NCBI GenBank assembly: GCA_003554965.1
Contig: PWHR01000093.1
Coordinates: 2,224 to 66,223 of the forward strand
DNA: 64,000 bases
Direction of reading: 5' to 3'
DNA from: Thermoplasmata archaeon
Lineage (GTDB): Archaea; Thermoplasmatota; Thermoplasmata; Halarchaeoplasmatales; Halarchaeoplasmataceae
Shown here: in pieces, positions 1 to 9,529 of the stretch
How the letters are laid out: every line of letters starts with the position of its first letter
How positions within the stretch are numbered: position 1 is the stretch's first letter
The notes under the pieces: generated by a model
Told to the model about the DNA's origin: nothing
The model's input: the letters and a program-made list of their open reading frames with translations, nothing else
Database searches by the model: none
Translations under genes and position numbers: made by a program

Positions 1-798
1 AGAGCTATTCAAGAAGACATTTGGACGGGGGATATAACAACCGACTGCGTTGTAAAAGAGGATAAAGAAGCGATAGGAAAGATAATTTTCAAAGAAGAAG
101 GTGTATTGGCAGGACTGCCTGTAGCTAGAATGGTTTTCAAGGAGATCGATTCTGATTTAAAATTCAATGCATTAATCGAGGAGGGAGAGACCATCAATGC
201 AGATAGAGTAGTAGCCAAAGTAGCTGGTCGCACAAAGAGTATATTGAAAGGGGAAAGGGTGGCTTTAAATTTCCTTCAAAGATTATCAGGCATAGCCACC
301 CAGACTAAGCGATATGTGGATGGGGTTGAAGAATTTGATGTGAAAATTGTGGATACAAGGAAAACTACTCCCAACCTCCGCATATTAGAAAAATACGCAG
401 TAAGGAAAGGAGGAGGAAACAATCACCGGATGGGTTTATACGACGTTATATTGATCAAGGATAATCATATCCGTTCGGCCGGAGGAATCAAAGAAGCTAT
501 CCAACGGACAAAGGACCAATACGCTACTATGATCGAAGTGGAAGTAGAAACTATCGAAGATGTGAATCGAGCCCTAGATGCTGGGGCAGATATCATAATG
601 TTAGACAATATGGATATACCTTCGATGAAAAAGGCTGTAAATCTCATTAGTGAACGGGCAAAAATAGAAGCGTCAGGTGGGATCACTTTGAAAAATATCA
701 AAGAGGTAGCCTCTACCGGAGTGGATGTGATCTCAGTAGGAGCACTCACTCATCAGATAAGTTCTTTAGATATAAGTCTAGATTTAGCACAAGAATAA
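1..798 (+). CDS. nadC: Nicotinate-nucleotide pyrophosphorylase (quinolinate phosphoribosyltransferase), 5'-truncated at window edge
   Basis: Frame 1 is open from nt 1 (RAIQEDIWTGDITTDCVV...) and continues into ORF 106..798. QPRTase-like motifs present: TRKTTPNLR, NHRMGLYD, MLDNM, EASGGI. Confidence 0.8.
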   Translation, partial: RAIQEDIWTGDITTDCVVKEDKEAIGKIIFKEEGVLAGLPVARMVFKEIDSDLKFNALIEEGETINADRVVAKVAGRTKSILKGERVALNFLQRLSGIATQTKRYVDGVEEFDVKIVDTRKTTPNLRILEKYAVRKGGGNNHRMGLYDVILIKDNHIRSAGGIKEAIQRTKDQYATMIEVEVETIEDVNRALDAGADIIMLDNMDIPSMKKAVNLISERAKIEASGGITLKNIKEVASTGVDVISVGALTHQISSLDISLDLAQE

Positions 799-832
799 GA
801 AGCAATAATTATAAGTAAAAAGATACATTTAT

Positions 833-1411
833 ATGAGGAACATGAATATCGAATTAGAGGAGGAAGAAAAAGAAAAATTATTTGACCTCTCTGAAAAGGA
901 TCTTTCTTTAAGGGAGATCGCAAGAGAGTTAGAATCTCCTCTTAAAGAGGTCCGCGATTTCATCTTTAAGAACCCTGCTATCTCTGATCGGTTGAAAAAT
1001 TTAGCCTTAGAATCTAAAGCTTTTGAGATGTTCGATGAAGGAGAGAAAGCAAAGGATCTAGTAATAGCTGGATTTTGCCCCGCCGATAGAGCCGATGAAT
1101 TATACCAAAAGTACTCTGAGCTGAACGAAGAGGAGGGAGAAAATATAGAGGATAAACTCGCGACCCAGATTGGATTGCTGGGAAGCAGATTATCTCAATT
1201 AGAGATCAAAGTGATGGATTCGACTCTTTTACCTAAAAACTTGGATTGCCCCAATTGTTCTAACGAGGGGCGATACGCTGTCGCTCTTGTTTGTACTAGA
1301 TGTGAAAATATCACCCTTCATACCACTGATTCTAATCCGCAAATAACTTCCCAAAGCAAACCCCTCCTAGATCATCTAACAAAGGGTCCCGATGATAATG
1401 ATGATGAATGA
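833..1411 (+). CDS. Hypothetical acidic protein with HTH-like segment and C-terminal Cys4 zinc-ribbon
   Basis: Long ORF. LSLREIARELESPLKEV is HTH-like. C-terminus has CPNCSN...CTRCEN. Confidence 0.45.
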   Translation: MRNMNIELEEEEKEKLFDLSEKDLSLREIARELESPLKEVRDFIFKNPAISDRLKNLALESKAFEMFDEGEKAKDLVIAGFCPADRADELYQKYSELNEEEGENIEDKLATQIGLLGSRLSQLEIKVMDSTLLPKNLDCPNCSNEGRYAVALVCTRCENITLHTTDSNPQITSQSKPLLDHLTKGPDDNDDE

Positions 1412-1447
1412 AAAGAATAGAGATAAAATAGTTCATGCTTCATTAAC

Positions 1448-3103
1448 CTAGCAGATAACATCCATCTCCCTCTCCAGCATATTGATCTGTCTGTTTTCTA
1501 GGGCCTTTGGGTTGACTACCACCAATAAAACCGTATCAGTTTCAGACACGATGTCAACTATACGCCTTATGAATTGTAGAGTGCTGTCGAAACCGTTATT
1601 GCTTATCAGATACTCGATACCGTCGATAAACACTACATCTGTAGCAGATTCTTTTATTTTCTCTTCCAAAGTCCAACTCAAACTTTCTAGATTTGGAGGA
1701 ATGGTCTCTTTGGATTCACTAGATTTATCGGTCAGCCAAATAAGATCAGAGTTCTTAAGATCATAATCGGATCTTATCTGGTCAGGGTTCATCCTGGATA
1801 TGACGTACTTTTTTTCAATGGGGAAGGATTCGTCGACCATCCTCAAGCCTTCAGATAGTTTAGTTTCTTCTTCGATGATATAACTCCTTCCGGCTTTAAA
1901 TTGACGCTTCAAACTTTCATTTGATCCCAGCTCCTTTTCCATGTACTGTTGAAGCACATCCTCCACATTATCTATCGTTACAGACTTATTCATCAAGGAT
2001 GAATAAGCTATAACCCTGTTCAAAGCTCCTTCTAAGGAAGTGATATTCTTTTTGATCCTCTTAGCCATGAAATCTACTACCTCATCCGGTATATCGATAG
2101 GCTCGCTTTTCACCTTGTTCTCAATTATCTTTTTTCTTGTCTGGTATTTAGGAGTTAAAACATCTACGACAAGCCCTGATTTAATTCTAGAAATCAATTT
2201 CTCATCCATCTTAGGGATTTTCACAGGTGATCTATCAGCAGAAATTACTATCTGGTTTCCCTTATTCTGTAGCTCTGAGAGGATATAGAAGATCACTTCC
2301 TGTATATTTTGATCATCACTTAGTGCCTGAAGATCGTCAAGAAGAAGGGTCTCTTGTCCGATATATCTCTCTTTTAGATCGGAAAGATCATCTTCTGATC
2401 GTCCTTTCTCGATCTCGGCTACAAGTTTAGAAGTTGCTACGTATTTCACCTTTCTATCATTATCCATTGTCAAATGTGCCCGACCGATGGCCTTCAATAG
2501 ATGCGTTTTACCGAGACCAGTCTTACTAGTTATGAAAAGAGGATTGTAGCTGTCGCCGGGGTGCTCTGCAACAGAAAGTGCCGCTACATAGGCAAACCGG
2601 TTGTTAGGGCCGACTATGAAATTTGCAAAAGAATAATTTTCTGGAAATGTCTCTTTGACCCCTTTTGGTAAATCTTTAAGAGGTTCGCGGCTCTTTTTGA
2701 TCATGTCCAAAAAATTCTCACTATGCTTTTGGGGTTTTTCTTTAATAGAAGAATCCTCCCCGATTCTAGATGGCAGTTCTCCTCCCACTTTCTGGATCAC
2801 TTTTTCGATATCGATATCGGTATGGACTGAGATATGGATATCAGGATTCAAGTCTAGAGTATGGATCTCCTGAAGAGCCGGCAAGCCTTTTTCCAGATCG
2901 TCGTTTTCCAGATCAAAGATTAGAGCGTTTCTAGGTAACCCGTCCTTTATTACCAGGTATCCCTCGTATGTTTCCATTATTTGAATTTTGAGATAGCCTT
3001 TGAATGAATACTTTTTCAATTTTTTCAATAGAGGTTGGAGTCTACCGGCTCCTTCGATTTCTTGGGCTTTCAATCCTTCGGGAAGATCTATTTTTGAAGA
3101 CAA
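1448..3103 (-). CDS. Multidomain ATPase: unknown N-domain, DnaA-type AAA+ module (domain III), C-terminal DUF835/KaiC-like domain. No DnaA domain IV
   Basis: YSFANFIVGPNNRFAYVAAL...YNPLFITSKTGLGKTHLL (DnaA box VII/Walker A context). LLLDDLQAL...NQIVISADRSPVKI (DnaA sensor region). EVVDFMAKRIKKNITSLEGALNRVIAYSSL is nearly identical to the E. coli DnaA lid. C-term IIEEE...IWLT...VVFIDGIEYLISNNGFDSTLQFIRRIVD...VLLVVVNPKALENRQINMLEREM resembles DUF835. Confidence 0.75.
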   Translation of the reverse strand: MSSKIDLPEGLKAQEIEGAGRLQPLLKKLKKYSFKGYLKIQIMETYEGYLVIKDGLPRNALIFDLENDDLEKGLPALQEIHTLDLNPDIHISVHTDIDIEKVIQKVGGELPSRIGEDSSIKEKPQKHSENFLDMIKKSREPLKDLPKGVKETFPENYSFANFIVGPNNRFAYVAALSVAEHPGDSYNPLFITSKTGLGKTHLLKAIGRAHLTMDNDRKVKYVATSKLVAEIEKGRSEDDLSDLKERYIGQETLLLDDLQALSDDQNIQEVIFYILSELQNKGNQIVISADRSPVKIPKMDEKLISRIKSGLVVDVLTPKYQTRKKIIENKVKSEPIDIPDEVVDFMAKRIKKNITSLEGALNRVIAYSSLMNKSVTIDNVEDVLQQYMEKELGSNESLKRQFKAGRSYIIEEETKLSEGLRMVDESFPIEKKYVISRMNPDQIRSDYDLKNSDLIWLTDKSSESKETIPPNLESLSWTLEEKIKESATDVVFIDGIEYLISNNGFDSTLQFIRRIVDIVSETDTVLLVVVNPKALENRQINMLEREMDVIC

Positions 3104-3222
3104 TGTACCTCTTAATCTTTCTACCTCCTAAATAATTTTTTCTTCGAATGAGTATGCGGAGTCAATAACGAAGGAAGCCTTCTCTACTTTTATCAAAAGA
3201 TAAAAACCTTTTAGTAATATGG

Positions 3223-4422
3223 ATGTCTCAATTAGTTCTAGATTTAATGCGTGTAGAAGAATTTGAAGAAAATATCGTCCTAATTGGTGTAGATTATATC
3301 GGAGGGGAGAACCTTCAGCCAGAATTAGCAGAGCTTATAGATGAATACAGGCCTGCCTCAGTGGGACTGGCTCTCTGTGAGAAAAGATTCGAAACGATGG
3401 AAAAAAAAGAGGAATGGCTTGACCAATCCTTATTATCTTCCTACAAGGGGGGGGAATTTTCCACCATAATGTATCAATTATTCGTCGATTCTGTGAGAGA
3501 AAATCTAAAAAAATTCAAAAGATTGGAACCCGAAACCCATATAGTCGAATTGATGGATGTTGCTGACTATTTCGATACTGATATAGAATTCATAGACAGA
3601 GATATCACAGTGACGCTTAAAAGGACCGTCGGCGAAATGTCATTTATTGAAACTTTCAAGACCGCTTGGTATTTTAAATCAGCTATGCTCTCTTTTTCAG
3701 ACAAAAAAAAGGAGGAATCAGTAGAAGAGATCAAGGAATATGATGATATCGTTGAAGGTGTACTGAGTACCTTGCAGAGGTTTTCACCAGCAATCGCCAA
3801 AAAGGCTAGGAAAGAAAGAGTAGAGTATATGGCAAAGAAAACCTATGAGCGTTCTAAAGAGGGAAAAATACTCGCGATAATTCCAGAAAGTAAGATAGAA
3901 GTAGTTTTGGAAGAATTGAAGGGATTGAAATCCGAAGAAAAAGATGATGGCGGGGTCTCGAGTTATATACATTTAGAAAAAGTCGGAGAGAAGATTTATA
4001 GTAAAATTTTAAAATATGGAACTTCTCTCTTTTTCATACTTTTGGCAATTTACCTTTTCTTCTTTTCAGATGTGCTCAATATCTGGAGAGCCTGGATTTA
4101 TTGGTTCATCTCAATAGGAGGTATGGCTTCGCTAGGAGCACTTATCGGAAAAGGACACATCCTCTCCATACTAACTTCTTTCGTACTAGCTCCTTTCATG
4201 TCACTAACCTTACATGGACCAGGATACGTAGCTGGTTATGTAGAAGCTAGAATCAGGAACCCAAAAATAAAAGATCTGCAAAATCTCACCAGGGTAAAGT
4301 CGATCAACGAATTCTTGTCTAACAATCTTATCAGACCAGTTATGGTCGGTATATTTTCAAATATATTCACCCTTATCGGATTATTCGTGATACTTCCTCT
4401 CCTGATATCCTTAATCGGGTGA
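3223..4422 (+). CDS. TraB/PrgY family protein with C-terminal transmembrane segments
   Basis: IVLIGVDYIGGE...FIDRDITVTLKRT motif pattern typical of the TraB family. About four C-terminal hydrophobic helices. Confidence 0.55.
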   Translation: MSQLVLDLMRVEEFEENIVLIGVDYIGGENLQPELAELIDEYRPASVGLALCEKRFETMEKKEEWLDQSLLSSYKGGEFSTIMYQLFVDSVRENLKKFKRLEPETHIVELMDVADYFDTDIEFIDRDITVTLKRTVGEMSFIETFKTAWYFKSAMLSFSDKKKEESVEEIKEYDDIVEGVLSTLQRFSPAIAKKARKERVEYMAKKTYERSKEGKILAIIPESKIEVVLEELKGLKSEEKDDGGVSSYIHLEKVGEKIYSKILKYGTSLFFILLAIYLFFFSDVLNIWRAWIYWFISIGGMASLGALIGKGHILSILTSFVLAPFMSLTLHGPGYVAGYVEARIRNPKIKDLQNLTRVKSINEFLSNNLIRPVMVGIFSNIFTLIGLFVILPLLISLIG

Positions 4423-4467
4423 ACATAAAATATATACCCCTTAGTATGTTGAGTCTCAATATCACGT

Positions 4468-5334
4468 ATGAAAATTAAAAATATCATTAGATATCTCGTC
4501 ATCGGTCTTTTCATGGGCGCCGCCAATATAATACCAGGAGTGTCTGGTGGAACTATTGCATTGATCACTGGCATTTACGACAAGTTAATCCATTCTATAA
4601 ATAAAATACCAAAAGATATACCTTTATCTGCGCTAAAAATGGATAGAGATGGGTTACGAACCCGCTGGAAAGATGTCGATTACAAATTTTTGGGTCCAAT
4701 TTTCATAGGTGCATTACTGGCTGTCGTATCTATCGCAAGAGGACTAGAATTCTTATTGGGCTCTCATCCAGCACCAACTTACGCATTGTTTTTTGGGTTG
4801 ATTGCCGGATCGGTGCTGGTGATCTACAAATATATTGATAGGATAGACTTAAAGGTCATGTTTTCAGTTATATTGGGGATCATAGCGATAACGATCATCT
4901 TAAGCCTTGATTATCTTACTGGTGTCCACCATCCTGTGATGATCTTTTTTGGAGGGATGCTTTCGATCGTCTCAATGTTACTACCAGGTCTGTCAGGATC
5001 TTATATTTTGATTATGATAGGGCAGTACAATTATATGTTGGATATAATAGCCCCTACATGGAGCTGGTATGATATTTTCCTGATAATAATATTTATACTC
5101 GGTGGAATCGTAGGATTGTTCAGCCTGGCAAAACTTCTAGATTATCTCCTAGATAATTTTAGAGGTGTAACGATAGCTTTTCTTTTTGGTTTGATGTTGG
5201 GGGCATTGAGAGAGCCCCTAAGCAGGGCTGTCGGCGAGGCTTCGAATTCCTTTGAAATCTTTATCCCGGCCATAGTGGGGACTGTAGCAATCATCTTTCT
5301 AGAATATATGTATCTCTCCCGTTCCGAGATTTAA
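4468..5334 (+). CDS. DUF368 family polytopic membrane protein (possible undecaprenyl-phosphate translocase-like)
   Basis: Two repeated PG(V/L)SGG/SGS motifs (IPGVSGGTIALITG, LPGLSGSYILIMIG). About eight TM helices. Confidence 0.5.
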   Translation: MKIKNIIRYLVIGLFMGAANIIPGVSGGTIALITGIYDKLIHSINKIPKDIPLSALKMDRDGLRTRWKDVDYKFLGPIFIGALLAVVSIARGLEFLLGSHPAPTYALFFGLIAGSVLVIYKYIDRIDLKVMFSVILGIIAITIILSLDYLTGVHHPVMIFFGGMLSIVSMLLPGLSGSYILIMIGQYNYMLDIIAPTWSWYDIFLIIIFILGGIVGLFSLAKLLDYLLDNFRGVTIAFLFGLMLGALREPLSRAVGEASNSFEIFIPAIVGTVAIIFLEYMYLSRSEI

Positions 5335-5345
5335 AAACTTCTCGG

Positions 5346-6002
5346 TCAGATCCTTTTGAAGCCTCTAAGTATCCATCCTGATAGAGCTCTTCGCACATAG
5401 AAAAAAGTCTGTTTAAATGTCCTGTCCTTACCTCCAATTTTCGTTTTCCCCTCTTTTATCTTTTGGATGACGTCCTCCCAGGTTTCTACATCTTCGATGA
5501 TCGTATAAGCTTTGCCTATAGTTTTCAACCGATGGCTGTCACTCCCTCCGATCACAGGGAGATCCAAACTTTCAGCAAGTGCTCTAGCCTGTCTGTTCCT
5601 GATTCCCCATCCTCTTCCATTCTGGGCTTCGATACCATCCCATTCATTTTTCAATATTTTTTCTTCCCCTATACCTGACCAAAATCTATATGGATGCGCC
5701 GCTATCACAAGAGCTTCTTCTTCTTTTATCCTCTCTATAGCTTTCGATGTTGATCGTTGTTTCCCTATCTCCTTCCGAAGTCCAATCGCGATTATATGAC
5801 CATCTGGGGTGGTAACCTCAATCCCCGGTACAATGATGAGATCGGTGTCAACTTTTAGGGCTTCCTCGTATCCTTTTATCGTATTATGATCTAAGATCGC
5901 GATTCCGTCCAGTCCTCTTTTTTCCGCGGTTTTAATTATCTCCCGAGGAGTGCATTTAGAATCCCCCGAATATATGGAATGAATGTGCAGATCAAATTTC
6001 AT
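5346..6002 (-). CDS. PHP-domain metal-dependent phosphoesterase
   Basis: N-terminal MKFDLHIHSIYSGDS...LDGIAILDHNT, the PHP His motif. Confidence 0.7.
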   Translation of the reverse strand: MKFDLHIHSIYSGDSKCTPREIIKTAEKRGLDGIAILDHNTIKGYEEALKVDTDLIIVPGIEVTTPDGHIIAIGLRKEIGKQRSTSKAIERIKEEEALVIAAHPYRFWSGIGEEKILKNEWDGIEAQNGRGWGIRNRQARALAESLDLPVIGGSDSHRLKTIGKAYTIIEDVETWEDVIQKIKEGKTKIGGKDRTFKQTFFYVRRALSGWILRGFKRI

Positions 6003-6007
6003 CTACA

Positions 6008-6616
6008 TCACTTTTCTAAGGCCTTTTTCAACTTTTCTTTGATAGGTGATTCGTCTGCTGATTTAAGTAATTTTATTATCAATTTTCTTAATCTCTTTTT
6101 TTCTTTTCCCTCAGCGAGGTCCAATCTAGTCAGATGTACCATGGTGTCCAGCAGTTGATCACCTCTAGCCAAAGGAGAACCATCCTTTAACTTTTTATCA
6201 AATTTTATCTTTCCTTCTATCTCTTTGATCTCTGCGGTACCGAATTCATCCTTACATTTCTTTTTTGAGATATCTTTAACTTTACAAAAGAATACATTAA
6301 TGGCTTCTTTTGGATAAACAAAGCCTTCCTTCCTATATATCTGCTCATCGGGTATTTCCTGAAATCCTAATTCATTTCTACCTGTTAAGGCTGCATTATA
6401 AAAAAGATGATGTGAATCAGTTAAAGAGTATGTGAACTTAGCCCCTATCTCGAGATTTCTAGCGGTATCAGATGGCATATATATCTCACAACAAATCCTC
6501 CTTGATGATTTTATCTCGGCCCCAATGGCAGCCGCGTTTACAACTTCACCTAAGGAGATCAATATGCCTTCATATCGAGTTGTAGACTTATCAAAATTAG
6601 ACTTTTTACCATTCAA
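6008..6616 (-). CDS. Hypothetical protein (Lys-rich C-terminus)
   Basis: Long ORF with a 4-nt start/stop overlap (ATGA) with the upstream ORF. No recognisable motif. Confidence 0.45.
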   Translation of the reverse strand: MNGKKSNFDKSTTRYEGILISLGEVVNAAAIGAEIKSSRRICCEIYMPSDTARNLEIGAKFTYSLTDSHHLFYNAALTGRNELGFQEIPDEQIYRKEGFVYPKEAINVFFCKVKDISKKKCKDEFGTAEIKEIEGKIKFDKKLKDGSPLARGDQLLDTMVHLTRLDLAEGKEKKRLRKLIIKLLKSADESPIKEKLKKALEK

Positions 6617-7044
6617 GCTACTTCCATCCCACCTTTAGATGGTTTAGTTTCATTGCCCTTTTTTTGTACATTGACCTTGGGCAAAGGAATCGGAGGTGGA
6701 AGTCTTAAATCTTTAGCTATTACAACTGATTGGGGGATGCAGTTTTTTATTATAGTAGAATGGATCTCTTTAGCGACTTCGTTAGGGGTTTTGTTTTCTT
6801 TTCTCCATTTTTTGGCAAGATTTGGGTACTCTCCTACATGGTCAAAACTACCCTCTATTTTTATGATCCCCATGCCTGAATAATTGGCAGTGAACCGAAA
6901 ATCGATGCTGTTGGTCCTGTCATCGATTCTTTCTATTTTAGTGACAGAACTGTTATGATTTATCTTAACGTTTTTTTTGCCCTCGCCTTTTTTGCTGTAT
7001 CTTTCGGCGTCTATCGCTGTTAATTCGAAGTTTTTTATCGCCAT
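6613..7044 (-). CDS. Hypothetical protein
   Basis: ORF translationally coupled to the 6008..6616 ORF. No recognisable motif. Confidence 0.4.
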   Translation of the reverse strand: MAIKNFELTAIDAERYSKKGEGKKNVKINHNSSVTKIERIDDRTNSIDFRFTANYSGMGIIKIEGSFDHVGEYPNLAKKWRKENKTPNEVAKEIHSTIIKNCIPQSVVIAKDLRLPPPIPLPKVNVQKKGNETKPSKGGMEVA

Positions 7045-7171
7045 CGAAGGTTTCTACTACCTGCTACTTTAATAATTTTTCCATACTAATGTTGTATACA
7101 ACTCTTTTCCCCAATGAAAATCTTTATAATCTTGTAAGACCATTAATCTGAGCGTTTAACTTTACAAAATA

Positions 7172-7540
7172 GTGGTTATCATGTCTCCAGCAGAATCATT
7201 AGAAAGGATATTAAAAGAAATACAGGAGAAATCAGATGTTTCAAACGTCACTCTGGTTTCTAGGGATGGAAAACATATAGCAGGAGATGTGCCTAAAAAG
7301 GCCCATAATGAAACATACATAGCCATGTCGGCTATTCTTTTGGGCTCTGCAGAAACCGCGACTTCTGAGGTTGATGAAAAGTTAAATTATGTTCTGGTTG
7401 AGTTAGATGATTCCAGGATCCTGATTCAGGATAGTAATACTTTTGCCATATTGGTAACAAGGCTCAGGAAAGATGCTTGCTTGGAAGACGTTCTCGAAAT
7501 AACTGATAAGTATATAGATGAGATAAAAGAATCTCTGTAA
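7172..7540 (+). CDS. Roadblock/LC7 (MglB-like) domain protein
   Basis: About 120 aa; NVTLVSRDGKHIAG...AMSAILLGSAE...ILIQDSNTFAILV is the pattern typical of Roadblock/LC7. Confidence 0.55.
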   Translation: MVIMSPAESLERILKEIQEKSDVSNVTLVSRDGKHIAGDVPKKAHNETYIAMSAILLGSAETATSEVDEKLNYVLVELDDSRILIQDSNTFAILVTRLRKDACLEDVLEITDKYIDEIKESL

Positions 7541-7632
7541 TAAATAAAGGAGGTTTTACAATCCCAAAAAAAGGTTTTATCAATTGCAACGTATTACCAG
7601 TAAAAAAGAGATCAGAGAGATACCACGGTTTC

Positions 7633-9051
7633 TTGGTGGAAGACGGTAAGATTGATCATATAGACGATTTTGATGTGATAATGGAAGACAGTGATGAGAA
7701 GATCGATCTAAACGGCTACTACGTTCTACCAGGTTTCGTTGACTCTCATACCCACATGGTTAGAATGGGTTTTAGTAGAAAATGGGTGGATCTATCTGAA
7801 TGTGAAACTTTGGACGAAGCCAAATACTATCTGAGAAAGAGAGTCGAAGAAAAAAAAGAGGGGGAATGGGTTATCGGAGTAGATTTTGATGAAACACGCT
7901 GGAAAAAAACAGAGTATCCTACTAAAGAAGATCTAGACGATGTGAGTGAGGAGCATCCTATAATAATAAGAAGAGTTTGTGGCCATATGGGTATAGCCAA
8001 TTCTAGATGTTTAGATGAGATCGATCACGAAAAAGGCATGATCGATGAGGAAACTGGTTTGTTGAAAGAAGAGGCTGTGTGGGATTTAGATGAGATCATG
8101 CCTGTGAGCAAAGAAGAAAGAAAGAAAGCTATTCTCGATGCAGTAGACATCGCTCATTCGAAAGGGGTCACTTGCGTCCATGATATCGTCACAAGAAAGG
8201 ATTGGGAGGCATATTGCGAATTAGATGAGGAAGGTGCTCTAGATCTCAGAGTAGTCTGTTATATGCAATTTGATCATTCAGAAGAGTTAGAACCTGTTAA
8301 AAAAAGCGATTTTCTATCCCTTGTAGGTTTGAAAATTTATGTCGACGGTACTATTGGAGCTAGAACCGCCGCCCTGAGCGAATATTATCAAGATGATCCA
8401 GGCAATAAGGGTCTTCTTCTATTAGATAAAGAAGACATCGAAGATTATATACAGGAAGCTGAGGATAGAGATTTTCAATTGATGGTGCACGCTATAGGAG
8501 ACAGAGCCATATCGACATCTATAGATGCTTTCATCGAGGCTTCCGAAAGAAGTGAGAAATTAAGGCATCGTTTAGAACACGCTGAGATGCTTTGGGAAGA
8601 AAATATCAAAAAAATAAGAGATATCGGTTTGATTTTATCTACCCAGCCGAATTTTGCTCATAAGTGGTCCCGGTCCTCAGAAATGAATGAAAAAAGACTT
8701 GGCGAGGAACGGCTAAAAAAATGTAATCCATACTGGGACATCCAAAGAGCTCTGATAAAGATGACTTTTGGTTCAAATAACATGCCCATGTCTCCTCTAT
8801 ACGGTATATATTCTGCAGTGAATCATCCTATTATGGAACAGAGGATCTCGGCTTACAATGCCTTACAAAGTTATACCATGAACGGAGCTTACACATCAAA
8901 AGATGAAGATAGATTCGGAACGTTTGAGGAGGGAAATTTAGCAGATTTCGTAGTTTTATCAGATAATCCGCTGGGATCAAAGAATATAAAAGACATAGAG
9001 GTCAAGATGACCGTGGTCGGAGGAAAAATAGTTTATGATGCTCGAGAGTGA
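7633..9051 (+). CDS. Amidohydrolase family protein (YtcJ-like metal-dependent hydrolase). True start probably upstream
   Basis: PGFVDSHTHM metal-binding motif. C-terminal VVGGKIVYD. The in-frame upstream stretch ...FINCNVLPVKKRSERYHGF follows a strong AAGGAGGT at about 7547. Confidence 0.7.
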   Translation: MVEDGKIDHIDDFDVIMEDSDEKIDLNGYYVLPGFVDSHTHMVRMGFSRKWVDLSECETLDEAKYYLRKRVEEKKEGEWVIGVDFDETRWKKTEYPTKEDLDDVSEEHPIIIRRVCGHMGIANSRCLDEIDHEKGMIDEETGLLKEEAVWDLDEIMPVSKEERKKAILDAVDIAHSKGVTCVHDIVTRKDWEAYCELDEEGALDLRVVCYMQFDHSEELEPVKKSDFLSLVGLKIYVDGTIGARTAALSEYYQDDPGNKGLLLLDKEDIEDYIQEAEDRDFQLMVHAIGDRAISTSIDAFIEASERSEKLRHRLEHAEMLWEENIKKIRDIGLILSTQPNFAHKWSRSSEMNEKRLGEERLKKCNPYWDIQRALIKMTFGSNNMPMSPLYGIYSAVNHPIMEQRISAYNALQSYTMNGAYTSKDEDRFGTFEEGNLADFVVLSDNPLGSKNIKDIEVKMTVVGGKIVYDARE

Positions 9052-9090
9052 TGAGCCGATTATCTTAAATACACCCTTTAGATTTTAATA

Positions 9091-9483
9091 ATGGTGTCGA
9101 ATATGACTGAGATACCTGAAGAACTGAAATATACGGAAGAGCATGAGTGGGTCGAGATCAGTGATGGAAAATTGAAGTACGGCATAACAGATCATGCACA
9201 GGATGAATTAGGAGACATAGTTTATGTTGAACTACCGGCGGAGGGCGAAGAAGTAGGAAAGGGAGATATCGCGGGAGTGATTGAATCTGTAAAAGCCGTT
9301 TCCGATCTTTATGTACCCGCTACCGGAAAGATCCTCGAAGTGAACGATGAACTAGAAGCCCAACCGGAGAAGATCAATGAAGATCCTTATGGTGAGGGAT
9401 GGATCGCGATAATTGAATTGGAAGATGAAAGTGAGATAAGCGATCTTATGAGTGCTACTGAATATGAAAACATACTCGATTGA
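9091..9483 (+). CDS. gcvH: Glycine cleavage system H protein
   Basis: KYTEEHEWV...GITDHAQDELGDIVYVELP...ESVKAVSDLYVP, the lipoyl-lysine motif. Confidence 0.85.
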   Translation: MVSNMTEIPEELKYTEEHEWVEISDGKLKYGITDHAQDELGDIVYVELPAEGEEVGKGDIAGVIESVKAVSDLYVPATGKILEVNDELEAQPEKINEDPYGEGWIAIIELEDESEISDLMSATEYENILD

Positions 9484-9529
9484 TGACTTGAATTCTGATA
9501 AATAAAAAAGAAAAATATTTTATTTTCTT
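9484..9529. terminator. AT/T-rich bidirectional terminator region between convergent gcvH and glyA
   Basis: aaaaagaaaaatattttattttcttttattttctgt. Oligo-T runs on both strands between convergent stops. Confidence 0.4.

Noticed and set aside
3104-3222. Replication origin next to the DnaA-like gene
   Set aside because: The intergenic region is only about 120 bp. It has no ORB/mini-ORB or DnaA-box (TTATCCACA) repeats. The protein also lacks a DNA-binding domain.
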